DNA of 64,000 nt from Rhizophagus irregularis (lineage: Eukaryota). Both the position numbers and the translations under genes were made by a program. The stretch is from the NCBI RefSeq assembly GCF_026210795.1, contig NC_089433.1:5704001-5768000 (forward strand), given 5' to 3'. The notes beneath the pieces were generated by a model. That model was not told where the DNA came from, searched no databases, and saw only the letters and a list, made by a program, of their open reading frames with translations. Each line of letters starts with the position of its first letter. Position 1 is the first letter of the stretch. Below, one piece after another: positions 12,182 through 26,936 of the stretch.

Positions 12182-15100
12182 AATTATTAAATGGTTGTTT
12201 GCATTTAATAAATATGATATACATTCTAATTTATAAGTAGAGTTAGGTAATATATCAATTTAATTATTTGATTAAAGAATATTTTGATGTAATTTTACTT
12301 TCATTGTAATAGTATTAAATTGTTATTATCAACATTCTGAATGACGAATTAAAAGTTCATAATAATAATTAATAAGATCCAATTACTTATCATTGCTATA
12401 TCTAATAACCATTTAACACCATAACTTTTGATGCACGTTTAATGAAAATTAAATTTAGCTTATTTTAATGTGACGCATTATGATAATTATAATAACAAAT
12501 AGTATCTAAATATTTTCATAATTTAATATATTAATTTTTACAAATGTAAATTTAAATTTAAAAATTTTCAATAATTACAAGATAATTTTTTTTTACCCCA
12601 TTTATCAAATTCTTTTATTATTATTATAACTACAAATAAATTCATTACACAGGAATTCATGGATTTAAGATGGATTTAAGCGTGAAATGTTGATCTTTAC
12701 ACTATTAAGTTACATTAACAAAGTATAGATTTTCCATGGATTTTAAACAATTATATTTTTGAATAAAGCATGGAAATGTTGATCTTTACGCTATAAAGTT
12801 ACTAAGAATTAAATTAAAATTTGCGCAATGTAAAATTTCAAAAATTTACAAGATAACTATATACAGTATATCATAAATAAAAGTCTGATTTACCCTAAAT
12901 TAAGTTTGTGTTGGCATTAAGAGTTTATTTCAATTTTATATTTATTATTTAATTATTTTAGCTTTACTGTCTTTAATAATTAAGTGGAGACCTATTGCAA
13001 TACTCAAAAATATACATAATTGATTAGTGATTGTACCAAATTGCAATTGTTACAAATCACTTTTCTATTAATTGCAGTTTTCTTTCTACAGTTAAGTTTC
13101 TACATTCCATGCAAAATTAATAGAACAATTTATTTTAAAATTCATAAATAGTATGTTTTTTTTTGCTGCAAAAAGACGTTTACTGATTTTCCGAAAATAA
13201 AAGGGATATATACAAATATGCTTAAAACATTCTCTTTTAATAAAATTTAAAGTACTAAAAATTTACAATCTGACCAAAATATATTTATGTTTGATGTTTA
13301 TGTCGTGTAAATTATCTCCTCCCTCTCTATCAAACTTTTGGCCGAAAAGTACGCTAAACTAATTATTAATTTAGAACGGGCCTTACCAACGGGTAATAAA
13401 ATTTTTCCGAATTAAAAAATTCCACAACTAACAAAAATCATTGATAAGTTTTCTAGTTTAACTGATACAATAATTAGTCTGTAAATAAAATTAGTTAAGA
13501 AGTTGTCTCATTTCAGTAAAAAACTACATTGATCATAAATTATTAAAGAAATAAACAAGATAAAATTTTTTATTACCTTTGATAGCAAATCTATGAACTA
13601 AGTAATTATAACGAATTCTTTTATTCAGATTAGAGTTCTTGACTACTACCAAATTCAAAATTGATTTTAATTTCAAATAAAATTTTAAAGTGTAAAAAAT
13701 TAAACTTAATATCAAAATTAGATATTAACACATATATAAATTTCAAAATCATTTTATTAAGTTATTGCTTTTATATTGACGCACTTTATAGTTTTCCATG
13801 TATTATTTATTGTATTATTCTTATTAATGCAAGCATTATCAGAATTGTATCGATTAATTGCTTGAAAATTTTATATTAACATTAGTAATCTAATCATATA
13901 ATGTTTATATTTAATAATGTCAGCATAAATTATCTTAAAGTATTACCAAATTGGAATATTTTTATCATAAGTACACAAGTGTAAAAGTTTTTATTTTTTG
14001 AAACAATTATTGAAAACAATTTTATTGGAAGCAGCAGTATTGAGCTGCATAAAACTCATTGATAAAGTAAATAAATCAAGTTTCCTTTGTATAGTGATTA
14101 TTGTAATGGTATTGATATTAAGGTTAACAAATCTGTAAATTTATTGTAGATATGTTCTTATAAAAATCATAAATTATTAATAAATATATTGAAAACTTTT
14201 ATATGACATAATAAGTTGAATATTATAAAATATTAATAATACAATAACCAAAATATAATATTAATTTTTTCATGTTTATTTAACTTTGAACTGGGTATTA
14301 ATTATTTTAAACTAATTCAATTAAAAATTAGATAAATAATCTATAACATTCGGTTAACGCAAATGACATAAAGACCTTTTAACTGATCGGAAAGATTATA
14401 AAACTGTATTTGGATATAAGGGTTTTTATCTACGCTCAAATACTTTACTTTACAAATTTCAAGTTACGTAAATATTTAAAATTTGAATTATACAAATTTA
14501 GTAATATAATTTATAAACATAATACAAATAAAGTATGTCAAAAATATGGTAATAATAATGATAATACTTAACATGACGTAAGACTTTTTTTAAAATTAAT
14601 AATGTTGCTAATAACTACAAATTAAAATTAAATTGATAATTTATTGTATTTCTAAAAACAAACAACGTCATATGTTTTGTTTTTAATCAAAATAATATTT
14701 GTTATTGTGCCATATGCCCATATATAATATATAATTTTAATGATCAGGTATTGTTTTTATTTACATAAAAACTAGCAATTGTGTCAAAGTATTTCAGAGA
14801 TAACATATTCATGTATAACCAAATTTTTATTTATAAACAAACAATTTATAAATTAGAAACTTACAAATCTAACTATGGATTGAGGAAATTTGTTTTACTT
14901 AAAAACCTAATGAATTATACATTTAATGTTAACGTTAACAAAACATTGAGTGTATTTTAAAATAGATAATAATAATTATAACTCGATTCAATTTTTCTTG
15001 TTCTAACACTTAAACACTTATGTAAAATTTATTTATAAATTACATTAGTCACAATCAGCTTAGGTCTTAATAAATAAAAATTAAATAAAAATAAATATGA

Positions 15101-15681
15101 ATCACATCATTAGGCATAGTTATTTAATTATAAATAATGTATTTATATTTCCGATCTAAAGCGTTTAATTTTAAATCGCAAACCAAAATTATATTTGAAA
15201 ATATTCGTTTTTATTAATATAATATATTATAAAATATGTTATTAATAAATGATATAATAGTAATGAAATAGAACATTGAGACAACATAATTTATAATAGT
15301 AATGAAAAAAATCTTAATTTCGTGAAATAATAATTAGTAAATTAATTGTATTGATAGTTCTAAATTTAAAATTGATTATATTTTTATAATATCAGTGTCA
15401 TTCAAAACATGTAATTTTATAAAATTTTACTTTAAACAAGTTATTATGAGTAAACTATTTAAGAGGATTTGTTCAAGAAAATTACAACCAACAATGCATT
15501 AAATGTATTAAGAGCATGTAAAATATATTAGTATTATAATTATATAATGCATTATATTTAATATTATTTGGGCAAATGGATAGTCATAGACTATTTGAAC
15601 TAACAAATAAGTTGCGATTATTAAATTTAACAATACTTTCTATTATTATAAATATCTCCAACTTAACACATTTTTATTATT

Positions 15682-17230
15682 ATGGATTACGCTATATTAA
15701 AACCATTTTTTGATCTATTTTCAAGAACACAAATTCAATCAGTTCTTATAGCTTGGCTGCCTACGAAAATAATGCCATACTTAACAGGGATAATAACAGT
15801 AGACATGTTTGCAATTACTGTTATAGTTTCCAGTCTTTCAACATTAACTTACCTATTTCATTCTTTAATATATGATTATTTAATAAGCCACTCAAACGAC
15901 AAAAATTTAATAACAATTCAGATAGATTATTACAATTTAGGAACATACAATGAAATGAATAAAAATATAATTTATGAATCATTGTCATGGCTAATTTCTG
16001 AGCAAACTAAAAAATTAGAAAAGGGCAAATTTATACTTCATTTAAAATAATAAATACAAACATAAGATACCGAACACGACAATTTCTCCAAAAAACAATA
16101 ATGAAATTACTGTTAAGTTCAAAGAAACACATTTTAACTTAATGTACAAAATTTCAGAAAAAAGTAATAGCCATAATGATAAAAACAAAGGAAGTTATTA
16201 TAACGTCCCATTTGTATCAATAGTTAACGACGATAAACCATCGATATATTTTTCCACCTTAAATAATAAAAAAACATGTGTTGGAGAAATTTTGTTGTTA
16301 TTTAATAATATTACTGAAAATTATTTAGAATTTCAAAGAAAAAATTATGGTCGTTTTAGATATGAAAACAATCAATCACAATGGAAACAAATACAAAAAT
16401 TGACTTCTTGCAGAGGATTTGATAGCATCGCGTTATAAAGAGAGGATCAAGAAAAATTATTAAAAAAAGAATTACACGCTTTTATAAACAATAAACATTT
16501 TTATGAAAAAAATGGGTTACCTTACAAGCGGGGTATACTTTTGTATGGAAAGCCTGGAACTGGAAAAACAAGCTTAGTAAATGCAATTTCAGCATATCTA
16601 TCTCGTGATATTTATTATTTAAACCTTAAAATGATTAAAAACGATAGCGAACTGAGTGCAACATTTAGCGCCATACCTTCTAATCAATTAATTGTTATTG
16701 AAGACGTGGATGCACAATCTACGGTTCTTCATAATAGAAAATTTGAAATAAACAGTATCGATAAATTTGTAAATGCAAAGTATATTGATAATAATGTCCA
16801 AAATTTTACAAGTTCTGATTTCAGTTTATCTGTGTTTTTGGCATGCTTAGATGGTCATTTAATTTCTGAGGGTAATATAATTATAATGACAACTAATCAT
16901 ATTGATTTTCTTGATCCTGCTTGCATTCGGCCAGGTCAAATAGACGTTCATTTTAAACTTGGTTATTGCACTCATTATCAATTGAATAAAATGTTCAAAA
17001 ACAATATTAACGAATCAGGAATTCCTGTCAATGTGTTAAAAAATATTAATGAAAATGTATTGCCACCATGTGAAGTTATGGCATTAATGTCATTGTATCA
17101 AAATGAACAAGAACAGGTTGTTATTGAAAATCTCATTAAAATAGCAAACCAATATAACAATAATCATAAAAATATTTGTAAAATAGAAAATATTACCATT
17201 AAAGATAAGAAAAGAAAATGTTCAATATAA
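15682..17230 (+). pseudogene. BCS1-like AAA+ ATPase, intronless, with a frameshift near 16045 and an in-frame TAA at 16436-16438
   Basis: N-terminal TM segment, PYKRGILLYGKPGTGKTS (Walker A), IVIEDVD (Walker B), MTTNHIDFLDPACIRPGQID. Confidence 0.9.
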
Positions 17231-17457
17231 TATTTATTAGATAGATAATATACAGAAAATTTGTTAAAGCATGCACAATAAAAAACGTAAAATACGTTCC
17301 CTTACATTTCTAGGTAATACACTATTACACTGATTATGAATTGTTGTATATTATAATTGTATTTAATTTTTTTTATTAATATTGTATTGTACGTAATTGT
17401 ATATAAACATCAATAAAATTATGAAGATTATTTATTATTTCATTCCAATAAACTACT

Positions 17458-17631
17458 ATGCATAAAACTAAACGTGATTTTGATAAATGTCATAAATTAA
17501 ATTCATGCAATGCTTGTAGTATGAAATTAAAAAGTCAACCAAAAAATTATGATGAATATCTTACACTTCTTTCAAATTGGAAAAAAAAATTAGATGATAA
17601 TAAAAAAAAAATTAATAATAACAAAAAGTAA
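17458..17631 (+). CDS. Possible small ORF (57 aa) with CxxC
   Basis: Hand translation MHKTKRDFDKCHKLNSCNACSMKLKSQPKNYDEYLTLLSNWKKK...; below the ORF-track length cutoff. Confidence 0.3.
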   Translation: MHKTKRDFDKCHKLNSCNACSMKLKSQPKNYDEYLTLLSNWKKKLDDNKKKINNNKK

Positions 17632-18503
17632 TTTGTTTCAGTCAACTAGAATAATTAAAGTATGTCATGTTAAATGTAAATTTATGAATATTCAATCCAT
17701 TGAACTCTATGCAAAATGTATGTGATAAATAAAAATACATTAGTATTGACTTTTTGGCATATCACTATATCCAATAATGTATAAATAATAATGAAACATT
17801 AATGAAGATGTAATAAGCAATAGTATTTAAAAAAAATGATAGATTTTATAGAAAATGATAATAAAAGTTTTAATAATTTCGATTTAATGTTATAAAAAAA
17901 TTCGATTATGATGTAGTAGGTCTTTTAATAACGAAAACTTTGTCTCTGGTAAAAGTTTGTTGATAATTAAATGATGCAATTAAAACAAAATAAAATAAAA
18001 ACAAAATATCAATAAATAATATGCTAAAAAAAGTTAAATATATTAATATAAATAATAAATTGACATACGTCAAATACACTTGTAATTAATTATAGGCTAT
18101 TCATTATAACAAAAAAGGGTCTACTTTTTTTATTTGAATTTCCAATGATCCTTTATAGACATAAGTGAGTCATGTTACACGTTTGCTTATTTACAATCAT
18201 TCAGGCGTTTCAAGGTCAGAATTGTAAAAGCTTATTACTTAATAAAAGTAAACCTGACAAATTTTTTTAATCTAAAATAAGCGTTTCTAATTGTTAGTAT
18301 CGCATTTTTTCACCCATAAACTACCAATAAAAATTATAGAAATTTTATTAAAATGAATTAATATTTTTTAAAAAAAAACAGTACGGATTATATTGTTTTA
18401 CAAAAACTTAATTAGTAATAAATATTTTAGGATTGTAAATTAAACTAGTTCAACTACCAGCAATGTTTAATTTGTACATTATGTAATATTTCTGAATATT
18501 ATG

Positions 18504-19292
18504 TTAATTGCAGCTACTGTCAATATTAAAATCCAAGGTATAATAAGGCAGAAAATCGTCTACGAAAGAAAATGATGTGTTTATTAATGACGGATCTATT
18601 AAGTATGGATCTGTATATAATGAACTAATATAAGTTTGATCCATAAATAAAGACGTATTTCTATCTATTTCCATAAAATCGCATTGTGATGTCATGTCGA
18701 CATCGATTTCCGGAATATTGAAACTTGTATTCGGCATGTTATTGTTTTTACCAATATTGTTTGATTTAATTTCTAACGAATGAGTCGTCACCGAATCATC
18801 CAAAACATTATTTAGCAAATTTCTTTTATTTGTATTATTTGCAATTTTATTTCGGTAAAGAGATCTAACTGGGGAATATTTATAATTAGGATATTCTATT
18901 AAATGAATTTTCTTTGTAATTTGAAACAATCTAGTCCAAAATTGCGATTCACGCTTTGTAACTTTTTCCCATAAACAAGAAGCAATTGCGGAAGTGTCAC
19001 CAACAGACATTTTTAATCCAATTAAACCTTTTGAAATATTTTTACGATACAAAACCCAAGGATTTTGAGGTCTTGGAATAGTTTTTGATCTTGTAGTATT
19101 TGAGGGAGATAATAATTCTTGCAAATTCAGAATTGTTTTAATGTCACTATAATCATTAATTAATTCGATAATCAACGGTTTTATATTGGTATCTAATTCA
19201 TTTAAATTTATTGAATTGGTTTGATCTCGCACTAAGGATTGTAGTTTTTTGATTTTATCTATTCCCAAATTTTTTTTTGTTTTTGTTAACAT
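18504..19292 (-). CDS. MATA-type HMG-box transcription factor, intronless
   Basis: IPRPQNPWVLYRK...SAIASCLW...FW...H..EYPNYKYSP followed by an acidic tail. Confidence 0.9.
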   Translation of the reverse strand: MLTKTKKNLGIDKIKKLQSLVRDQTNSINLNELDTNIKPLIIELINDYSDIKTILNLQELLSPSNTTRSKTIPRPQNPWVLYRKNISKGLIGLKMSVGDTSAIASCLWEKVTKRESQFWTRLFQITKKIHLIEYPNYKYSPVRSLYRNKIANNTNKRNLLNNVLDDSVTTHSLEIKSNNIGKNNNMPNTSFNIPEIDVDMTSQCDFMEIDRNTSLFMDQTYISSLYTDPYLIDPSLINTSFSFVDDFLPYYTLDFNIDSSCN

Positions 19293-19623
19293 AATTAATA
19301 AAAAAATGTCCGTGTAAATTTCTTTATATACTTAATTATTGGCGTTAAATAAAACTCAAATACACATATTTAGTTAATATTAATGCATACTTAATATGCG
19401 TATTATTTATTGTACTAACAATACATAAAATAAAAAAAATTTATTTTATCACATCAATTATATCAAATTAAGTTTGTTTTTATATGAACTAACATTAAAT
19501 GATTAAAAAAATAAAATAATGTTATCTGTTATATGAAAACGCCCAAAATCGAAGTTATTAAATAACCTGTAAATAGGATATTGTAAAGATACAATAATAT
19601 CTATATTAAAAATATTGATGGAT

Positions 19624-20163
19624 TTAAGGAAAATATATTTCTAAAGGACCTTCAATGCACATTAATTTCATTCGATTTGCTCCATAAACTAAATTAAAAT
19701 GTTGACGTCAACTTTTATTACGAGAATCTATTTATTGCATTTAAATTCAATTATTATTCTTACCTTCAAACTTAGTATCAAAAATCAAGGTTGTATTTGT
19801 TGGATCCTTAATGCCAGATGGCAAAATTTTTAATGCCGTATCATTGAAATTTTTCACTGCAAAAGGACAACTGAATTCGCTACAAAAATCTAAATTTTCA
19901 ATAAAACTGTTACCATTGTAGGAATATGAAAAGAGAATTGTCGCCCCTTGCTGTATTTCAATATAATTAAATCCTGCATATTTTGCAAAAAACCATTTTC
20001 CAATTATAATTGGATACGGAACGAAACTCAACTCGGCTAATTTTACCGGATAGTCAAAATCAGAACAATTTCTATATCCACTCAATTTATCAATAACCTG
20101 GCGATCATATAATACCATTGCATATGTTAAATTTATAAATAAAAATAATAAAATTAAATTCAT
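19624..20163 (-). CDS. Secreted ML (MD-2-related lipid recognition, NPC2-like) domain protein; exons 20163-19764 and 19688-19624
   Basis: Signal peptide, YRNC, F.PYPIIIGK, DFC...SCP; splicing at GAAG|GTAAG...TTTAG adds VYGANRMKLMCIEGPLEIYFP*, supplying the last Cys. Confidence 0.8.
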
Positions 20164-22299
20164 TTTTTTTATCGTTCACTATGCATTTGTTTTTAAGTAT
20201 TTATATAAATTAAGTTTTTTACGCCTTAAAAAATTTATAAAAAACACGCGTATTACTACCATCATATAATATTTTAAATTTAATTATAATTTTTGTACAA
20301 CCATTTGTAAATGTAATGCTAAGATTTTTGCACGTAGTAAATTTTAATAATCGCACAACAGTCTAGTTCTAATAGATTAATTATTTTGATTTGTACTATT
20401 GACTTTACCCAAGTTAATATCACATTACGTCAATTACTCACGCTTTAATCGTTATATAGTATAAATTATAAATAACAATACTAAATTTATAAAATCAATG
20501 GCGGAATTAATTATTGTTCATTTTATAAGCGTTTGTGTTAATTAAATAAAAAATAAATCAGCCCATAATTTCTTTTACGAAAATGTAACCTAAGTTGCGC
20601 TTGGATGACAAATTTCTAAGGGGAAGGCACACAAATAAATGTATACAAATAAATAATAAAATGAACTGAGTTAAGTTATAATTTAAGTACAATCTAAGAT
20701 TACGTGTTTCTTATTAAAATTTTTATATAAAATTGCATTTTAATTTTTAGAAAAATAGTATTGCAATAATACGCGTAACAAAAAACATTTAATAATCCAT
20801 AATTAATACGTAGAATTAATTTTATTCTTTTACTTTAAATTTTTGACTTTTATAATTATTTTTGGGTCCTAAATATTTCATGTAACAATTATGCTTAAAT
20901 ATGAATTTCAGATTTAAACAGAATATAATTAAAACCAACATTGAATTATTATTATCCCAAAAATTTATACTAATTTTGCCCAAACTCAAAGTACCAGCGA
21001 AATTATATGAAATTCAATCCAGATGAAAATCCGCTAAGGATCGAAGCACTAATTATAACAAGGAGTAATAATTCAATACTTATATAATAATACTGAAAAA
21101 ATTAATTTATTTACGCAAATAATATTTCTGGTTGCAAAAATAAATTCATTGTTTGATCGTTACCTTTTTTTATAATATTCCAATCAACAAACGCAAACTA
21201 ATAAACAAAAAAAATAACGAAATTATTATTATTAATGTATTTCAATAGAACACAATTTAAAAAACGTCAATAAGAAGTAAATATATTGTTGCATTACATT
21301 TTCTTAATACTTTAAATATAAATTATATTAATAATTTCGTATAATCGAAATCAACTTAAAATTCTATGAATTATATATTTTATTACTAATATTAAATAAT
21401 TCATCCTTTTAATTAAATACTACCTCGCTGCAAGTAACATTGTAAAAACATGGGAAAAAATTTATTGACAACCATATGGATATTCGTTAAATTTTCTGTG
21501 TTATGTTTCACATGATTAATATGCCGGTAGTTGGGTATATATGGTCTCATATATGGTGCATTGGTACCCAGACTAAAGTACTATCATTATTTTTGTTTGT
21601 CTGGGTCCCATACTTCCATTTGTAGCCTACATAGTTATTTTTTATAATCAAAATAACAATACCAACAAACCGTGATTAATATTGTTTAATAAAACAACTT
21701 AAAATGAATTGCTATTAATAACAAATCTTTTTATAAATAGAAACCACATAATCTAATAAAATGATATGTAATCTTTATCATGAATAAAATTAATAAATAA
21801 AATTCATTTATCAACGTTACTGCAATTGTTGAAGCTTCATATACATATTAATTTTACACCGTGAAAAAAAATTTTGTAAATAACACAAAACCAAGTTAGT
21901 ATTAAGATAGAATTATTTGATTTTATTAAAATTACCACCATTTATAGCGTATGACATTTTATGTCAATATAAATTTATACAATTTAATATGAGAATAAGT
22001 CTTACTAATATTAGTTGCTACAGCAAAATTTTTTTATTTACACCATTGATAAAAACTAATAATTGTTTAATTATAAAAGTATGGTTTAATTAAATTAAAT
22101 TGATGATTTTTTTTGGTAAATTGCAACTATAATCAAAAATAACTTAAGATGGGCGTGGTTGACAATTATATTTATAACTTCTTTTTCTAACATTAAATTC
22201 TCATAATCGTATAAAGTCACATGCCGGGTACCCGGGTATACTTTTCCAAAATATGTATACGGGGTAGGGTACACAGATGCGTCACGATCATCGTTAATT

Positions 22300-22414
22300 G
22301 CACCCCGGTTTTGTGGGCGCGGTTTTATATGATCACGTGAAGATTATTTATACAGTTTACAGTAGGATCGGCATCATGCATAAAGTAGAAACCGCGCCCA
22401 CAAAACCGAAATGC
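22300..22414. mobile_element. 115-bp MITE with 9-bp TSD (Mutator-like)
   Basis: Inverted repeat CGGTTTTGTGGGCGCGGTTT / AAACCGCGCCCACAAAACCG; TSD TCGTTAATT at 22291-22299 and 22415-22423. Confidence 0.85.
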
Positions 22415-23606
22415 TCGTTAATTTGTTTGAAAGCTAGCGCATTTATTATCTATCTATAACCACATTGTAAAATTGTTAAAAAATATTAAAAATGGTATAC
22501 TAGAAGAATTTTTTTTATTTTGCACTGATCATATGTATGCTGGTGTTTTTGTGGCAGGACATTATATAAATAAATCTCCGCAACATAAATATTATAGATA
22601 TACTTCTGGAGTTTTGAACCAGTCTAAAAAATCGAAATTATTGTTTCTAGTCTGTGTTATTTGCTCAAATAATCACACAAATTATTTATATTATAAAAAT
22701 ATAACAAATTTATTCATAATTACCTTCAAACTTTTATATAAACCTTTAAAAATTTTATGTAATTATTTTCGTAAACTAATTCATTATCCTAATAATGAAA
22801 TATTGATAATAATAAATGATTCAAATTATAATATAAATTTATTATGTAAATCATGAAGTTATTATGAATGTTAATTTGATTTATTTACCGTACACTGTGA
22901 ATAATTTAATAATTCGAAATATTTAATTTTGTGTCAAATTTAAAACTGTAAGTACAAACGGTTTGTTTATTTAAAAGTTTAAACATAAATTTGATACCTT
23001 ACACAAAATTTGAATCTATTTATGTTATGTCCACGTAAATTTCGGATTTCCAGTACTCAGATATTTAAATCTTTGGGGACCCAGACAAAACTACATGCAT
23101 AATTCTTTTTATCTAGTTTAACTGCTGTAATCCCATAAAAAATATATCTTTTATATTACAAGAATATTTACTTATTAATTAAACTTTCAATTTTACAATA
23201 ATTATAATAATTTTTTAACAACATTTGAATTAGAATTCATGGTTTGACTATTACAATAAGTTAATTGTAAAATTTAAATTATTTGAAAACGACGTTATTC
23301 ATTACTCAAAAAATCAGCAGTTATTAATAGCAAAAAAATGGTATTAATATAAAACTTATTTGGTAATTTAAACAAGGTTATTATTTAATGTACATTAATT
23401 ATTTGTTGTTATTTTGAAAACTTAAATTTATTAATTGTAGTAGGTATTTTTTTCATCAATAGATTTAAGTATTTTAAATATTAAAATTATAAATTAAAAC
23501 TTTTTACAATCGTAGAATTTTATTAAATTGATATTACATTACCAAGAACTACCTTTATTTTTAATTAACACGAATTTATGAACTGCTATGTAAATAAATA
23601 AAATGA

Positions 23607-24419
23607 CTAATTGTTTATTAAAGTAGGATCGATGTAAGAAAAAGTAGGGTCTATTTCCATGATGTCCAAAAATGCTTGATCATTTAATAATGAATCATAC
23701 AAATTTTGATCGTTAATTTTATTATCACATCCGTCTATCGGATCAAAAAGGATTGAATCCGTCTGAAATAGATTTTCATCCAACATTTCGATATCAAATT
23801 CATAATTATAATCAGTTTTTGTATCGGTTATGTCATTGAACATAAGTGAATCTTGACAAAAATTTTCTTCCCCTTTTTTTATATTCAAATCAGAAACATC
23901 CATATCAAAACTGCTTGTATCCATAGGAATGTTTGTTAAATTCGGTTTTAGATTAGGAATTGTGTTTTTGGTTTTTGTATTTTTTAATTTTTTCCTTTTA
24001 TCAGTAAAAGGATGGTATTTGTAATTAGGGTACTCTATTGCGTGTATTTCTTTTGTGACTAAACACAAATCACTCCAAAATTGTTTTTCTTCTTCAGATC
24101 TGATGCTCCATAAATAAGAAGCGATCCCTGACGTTTCACCAACAGTCATGTGTAAGCCTTTTGATACATTTTTACGAAACAAGTCCCATTTATTTTGAGC
24201 TCTTGGAATAGATTTTGTTCTAGTTACGTTAGACGATGAAAATAACTCTTGTAAATTTAATATTGTTTTAAAGTTTTCATATTTATTAATAAAATCGAAG
24301 ATCAATCGTTTTATTTTAGGTTCTTTTATATTTAAATCTAATAATTTTATTTGATCTTTCACAGGAGTACCGATACCTTGTATTTTTTTAATATATTCTT
24401 CAGTATTTTTAACAACCAT
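23607..24419 (-). CDS. MATA-type HMG-box transcription factor, paralog of 18504-19292 (true ATG probably 24419)
   Basis: IPRAQNKWDLFRK...SGIASYLW...EYPNYKYHP; shares the upstream KTILNLQEL motif with its paralog. Confidence 0.9.
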   Translation of the reverse strand: MVVKNTEEYIKKIQGIGTPVKDQIKLLDLNIKEPKIKRLIFDFINKYENFKTILNLQELFSSSNVTRTKSIPRAQNKWDLFRKNVSKGLHMTVGETSGIASYLWSIRSEEEKQFWSDLCLVTKEIHAIEYPNYKYHPFTDKRKKLKNTKTKNTIPNLKPNLTNIPMDTSSFDMDVSDLNIKKGEENFCQDSLMFNDITDTKTDYNYEFDIEMLDENLFQTDSILFDPIDGCDNKINDQNLYDSLLNDQAFLDIMEIDPTFSYIDPTLINN

Positions 24420-25639
24420 TAAGCAAAAAAATAGAGACAATATCTTCTTATATACAAAATATAAAACACTACAAAAACCTGTAGTATTATTTAAATATTT
24501 TGACGTACTTTAACTTTATTCAAAATTATTGTATGTACGCATTATTTAACAATTAATGTTTACAAGAATACAATTAATATTAGAATAAAATAATAATCAT
24601 AATTGTTAACTAGTGGATTGGCGTATCTAAGTATAAACGATAACAAACTGTAAAAGATTTGTTATTTATAAAGTCTCGTTTATTATGTATTGTTATTGAG
24701 TATAATTCGTATTGTAAATAAGTGATATACATTGTTATATGTTTATTAGCCAGACGGATTTATTAATTGTTTTAAATCTATTAGGTATTTGGTTTTTTCA
24801 CAATTTAATTTAAAATTTTTTTCGTATTGTTTAATTGAATAGGTTATATTTTTCAATTTTATATCTATATACAGTACAACAATTTTAATCGTTTTTTATT
24901 GTTTTTACAAAATTTAGCTTTTACCCATGGTTTGATGCTACATAAATCACTAAATATTTATTTATGATATCTATTCTAAATTACGTACAATGATTTAACA
25001 AGATATGCTGCGTACTAATCAATTATAATAATAAACAAGATTTTCTTATTTCGATTTTTTTTTAATTTGTTTGCATCTGATTATGTAAAAATATTATTTT
25101 TTTAAAAATATCATCATTGTTATTATTATTTGGTTTGATATATTTAAGAATGAATTACGAGGGTAAATTGTTTAAATAAAATGGTTCTCTGAACGGACAA
25201 AAAATATATTTAGCGCATTAAAATATAATATATGTTTGGCTAAAGAATTCATTGTTTAAGTTAATTTGTTTGACTTATAGAAAATATTTAAAATTGTAAT
25301 TTTCTATTAGCTTTTCAAATACATTTAATGAAGTCGCTAGGGTTTTTTACTTAGTGTTTGTATTCTTTAATTGACTTTGAGTAACTTGAAATTATTTGAA
25401 TGAACTTAATATTTGCAATAAATTTAGTAATTTTATTTTTGCATTTATTTTTATGCTTCTCTAATTATCATTTTCGATCTTAACTAGATTACAATTAAGA
25501 TCAATAACATTTTATGTTTTTATAAATAATATTGTATTATGTACAGTATTATTATATGTTATGTATTATTTAAGTTTAAATGTATTGTTAAAATTTAATT
25601 TATATAATAAGAAAAATACTGAGTAATTGGATTTTAAAA

Positions 25640-26110
25640 ATGAACTCGAAAAAAACTGCATTAAGACAAAATTTGTTAAATCTTTCCAATGAATTTTATA
25701 ATATTAAAATTCCTGATTATACTACAATATTTCACGAGAAAATTCATAATGAAAATCTCGAACACTTAATTCATGTAGAATATAATAAAGAACAAAAAAA
25801 CTATTGTCCATATTTATCATTTGACAACAATTCGTTGAAAGAGGCAGCTTATTTACTTAGTGAATATTTTTATTGTTTAGAAAAAACGTTAGATAAATTA
25901 ATTTACTCTATTATTAAACCTAAATATAAGCAAGAAAGTGAAAACTTACTTAATTTCTTATTGTGGAAAAAAAATGTTGTAACAATTAGATATTATATGG
26001 TTCATAACCTCTTTTACGAATTGAATAATATGCAATGGGATTTTAATATTAACATGATCGAAAAATTGTATGACAGTAAATTTAAAGAAACACATTTTCA
26101 ATTTAATTAA
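25640..26110 (+). CDS. Hypothetical intronless protein (156 aa)
   Basis: ATG-initiated ORF with TATATAAT 39 nt upstream; no recognisable domain. Confidence 0.6.
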   Translation: MNSKKTALRQNLLNLSNEFYNIKIPDYTTIFHEKIHNENLEHLIHVEYNKEQKNYCPYLSFDNNSLKEAAYLLSEYFYCLEKTLDKLIYSIIKPKYKQESENLLNFLLWKKNVVTIRYYMVHNLFYELNNMQWDFNINMIEKLYDSKFKETHFQFN

Positions 26111-26753
26111 CTTTATTTTTTAAAAATATAATTATTTTTATTTTGCATTTAAAATTAAATTTTATTTGACAAATTATAATAGTTTAAAATCATCTAAAAA
26201 ATAAATTATTTTAAAGTCAATTTGTATTCATTTATCGGCTTTCCTAATTTAAAAAAATGTTTTTTTATAGGTCAAAAAATATACAAATTGCAAAATAATA
26301 TTTGGCGTATTTTAAATGCTAATGTTATAACAATCTAAATTAAATATAAAATAACCTAATCATTATTTATTTTAGGTTAATTCCAGCAATTAAAATATTG
26401 TATTGTTAATATTGTTAATCGATCATTACTACTATTTGTTAGTTAACCAATATTTATCTAATTATGAAACAATAAGGTTTAAATGGATTGGCATTATTTA
26501 TAATCTAAAGTTAACAAATTCACTAGGAAACGGGAACCGTTGTAAGTCTGAGTGAGGTATAATAAATAAAGTTTGTATCGGTATTTTACTAATTAGCAGC
26601 ATATCGCTTGGAATTTCGGTAATTTGCTGCTGATTAGCAGCATAACGCCTTGGAATTCCTGTACAGTGAAACTCACGTGATTGAAAATTTACACGTTATT
26701 TTCATAGATCATGTTAGTGCGTAGACATAAATAGTCATTCGCTTCTCTAGTCT

Positions 26754-26936
26754 CTACTGACAATTATTGTAAATGGAGTTATTTATTATTTTATTGTCAT
26801 ATTCGATAACGCATTTTTTGCATAAATCGTGTTTATGATAATTGATTTTATTGCAATGAATGAAAAAACATTTTTTAATTGGCATATCTTTTGCCGAAGT
26901 GTATGAAAAATTTTTGCAAGCAGAGCAAAAATTCAT
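26754..26936 (-). CDS. Small zinc-finger protein (60 aa)
   Basis: C-x2-C-x15-C-x4-C-x5-H-x-H-x2-C-x2-C, identical spacing to the C-terminus of 27260-27859. Confidence 0.75.
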   Translation of the reverse strand: MNFCSACKNFSYTSAKDMPIKKCFFIHCNKINYHKHDLCKKCVIEYDNKIINNSIYNNCQ

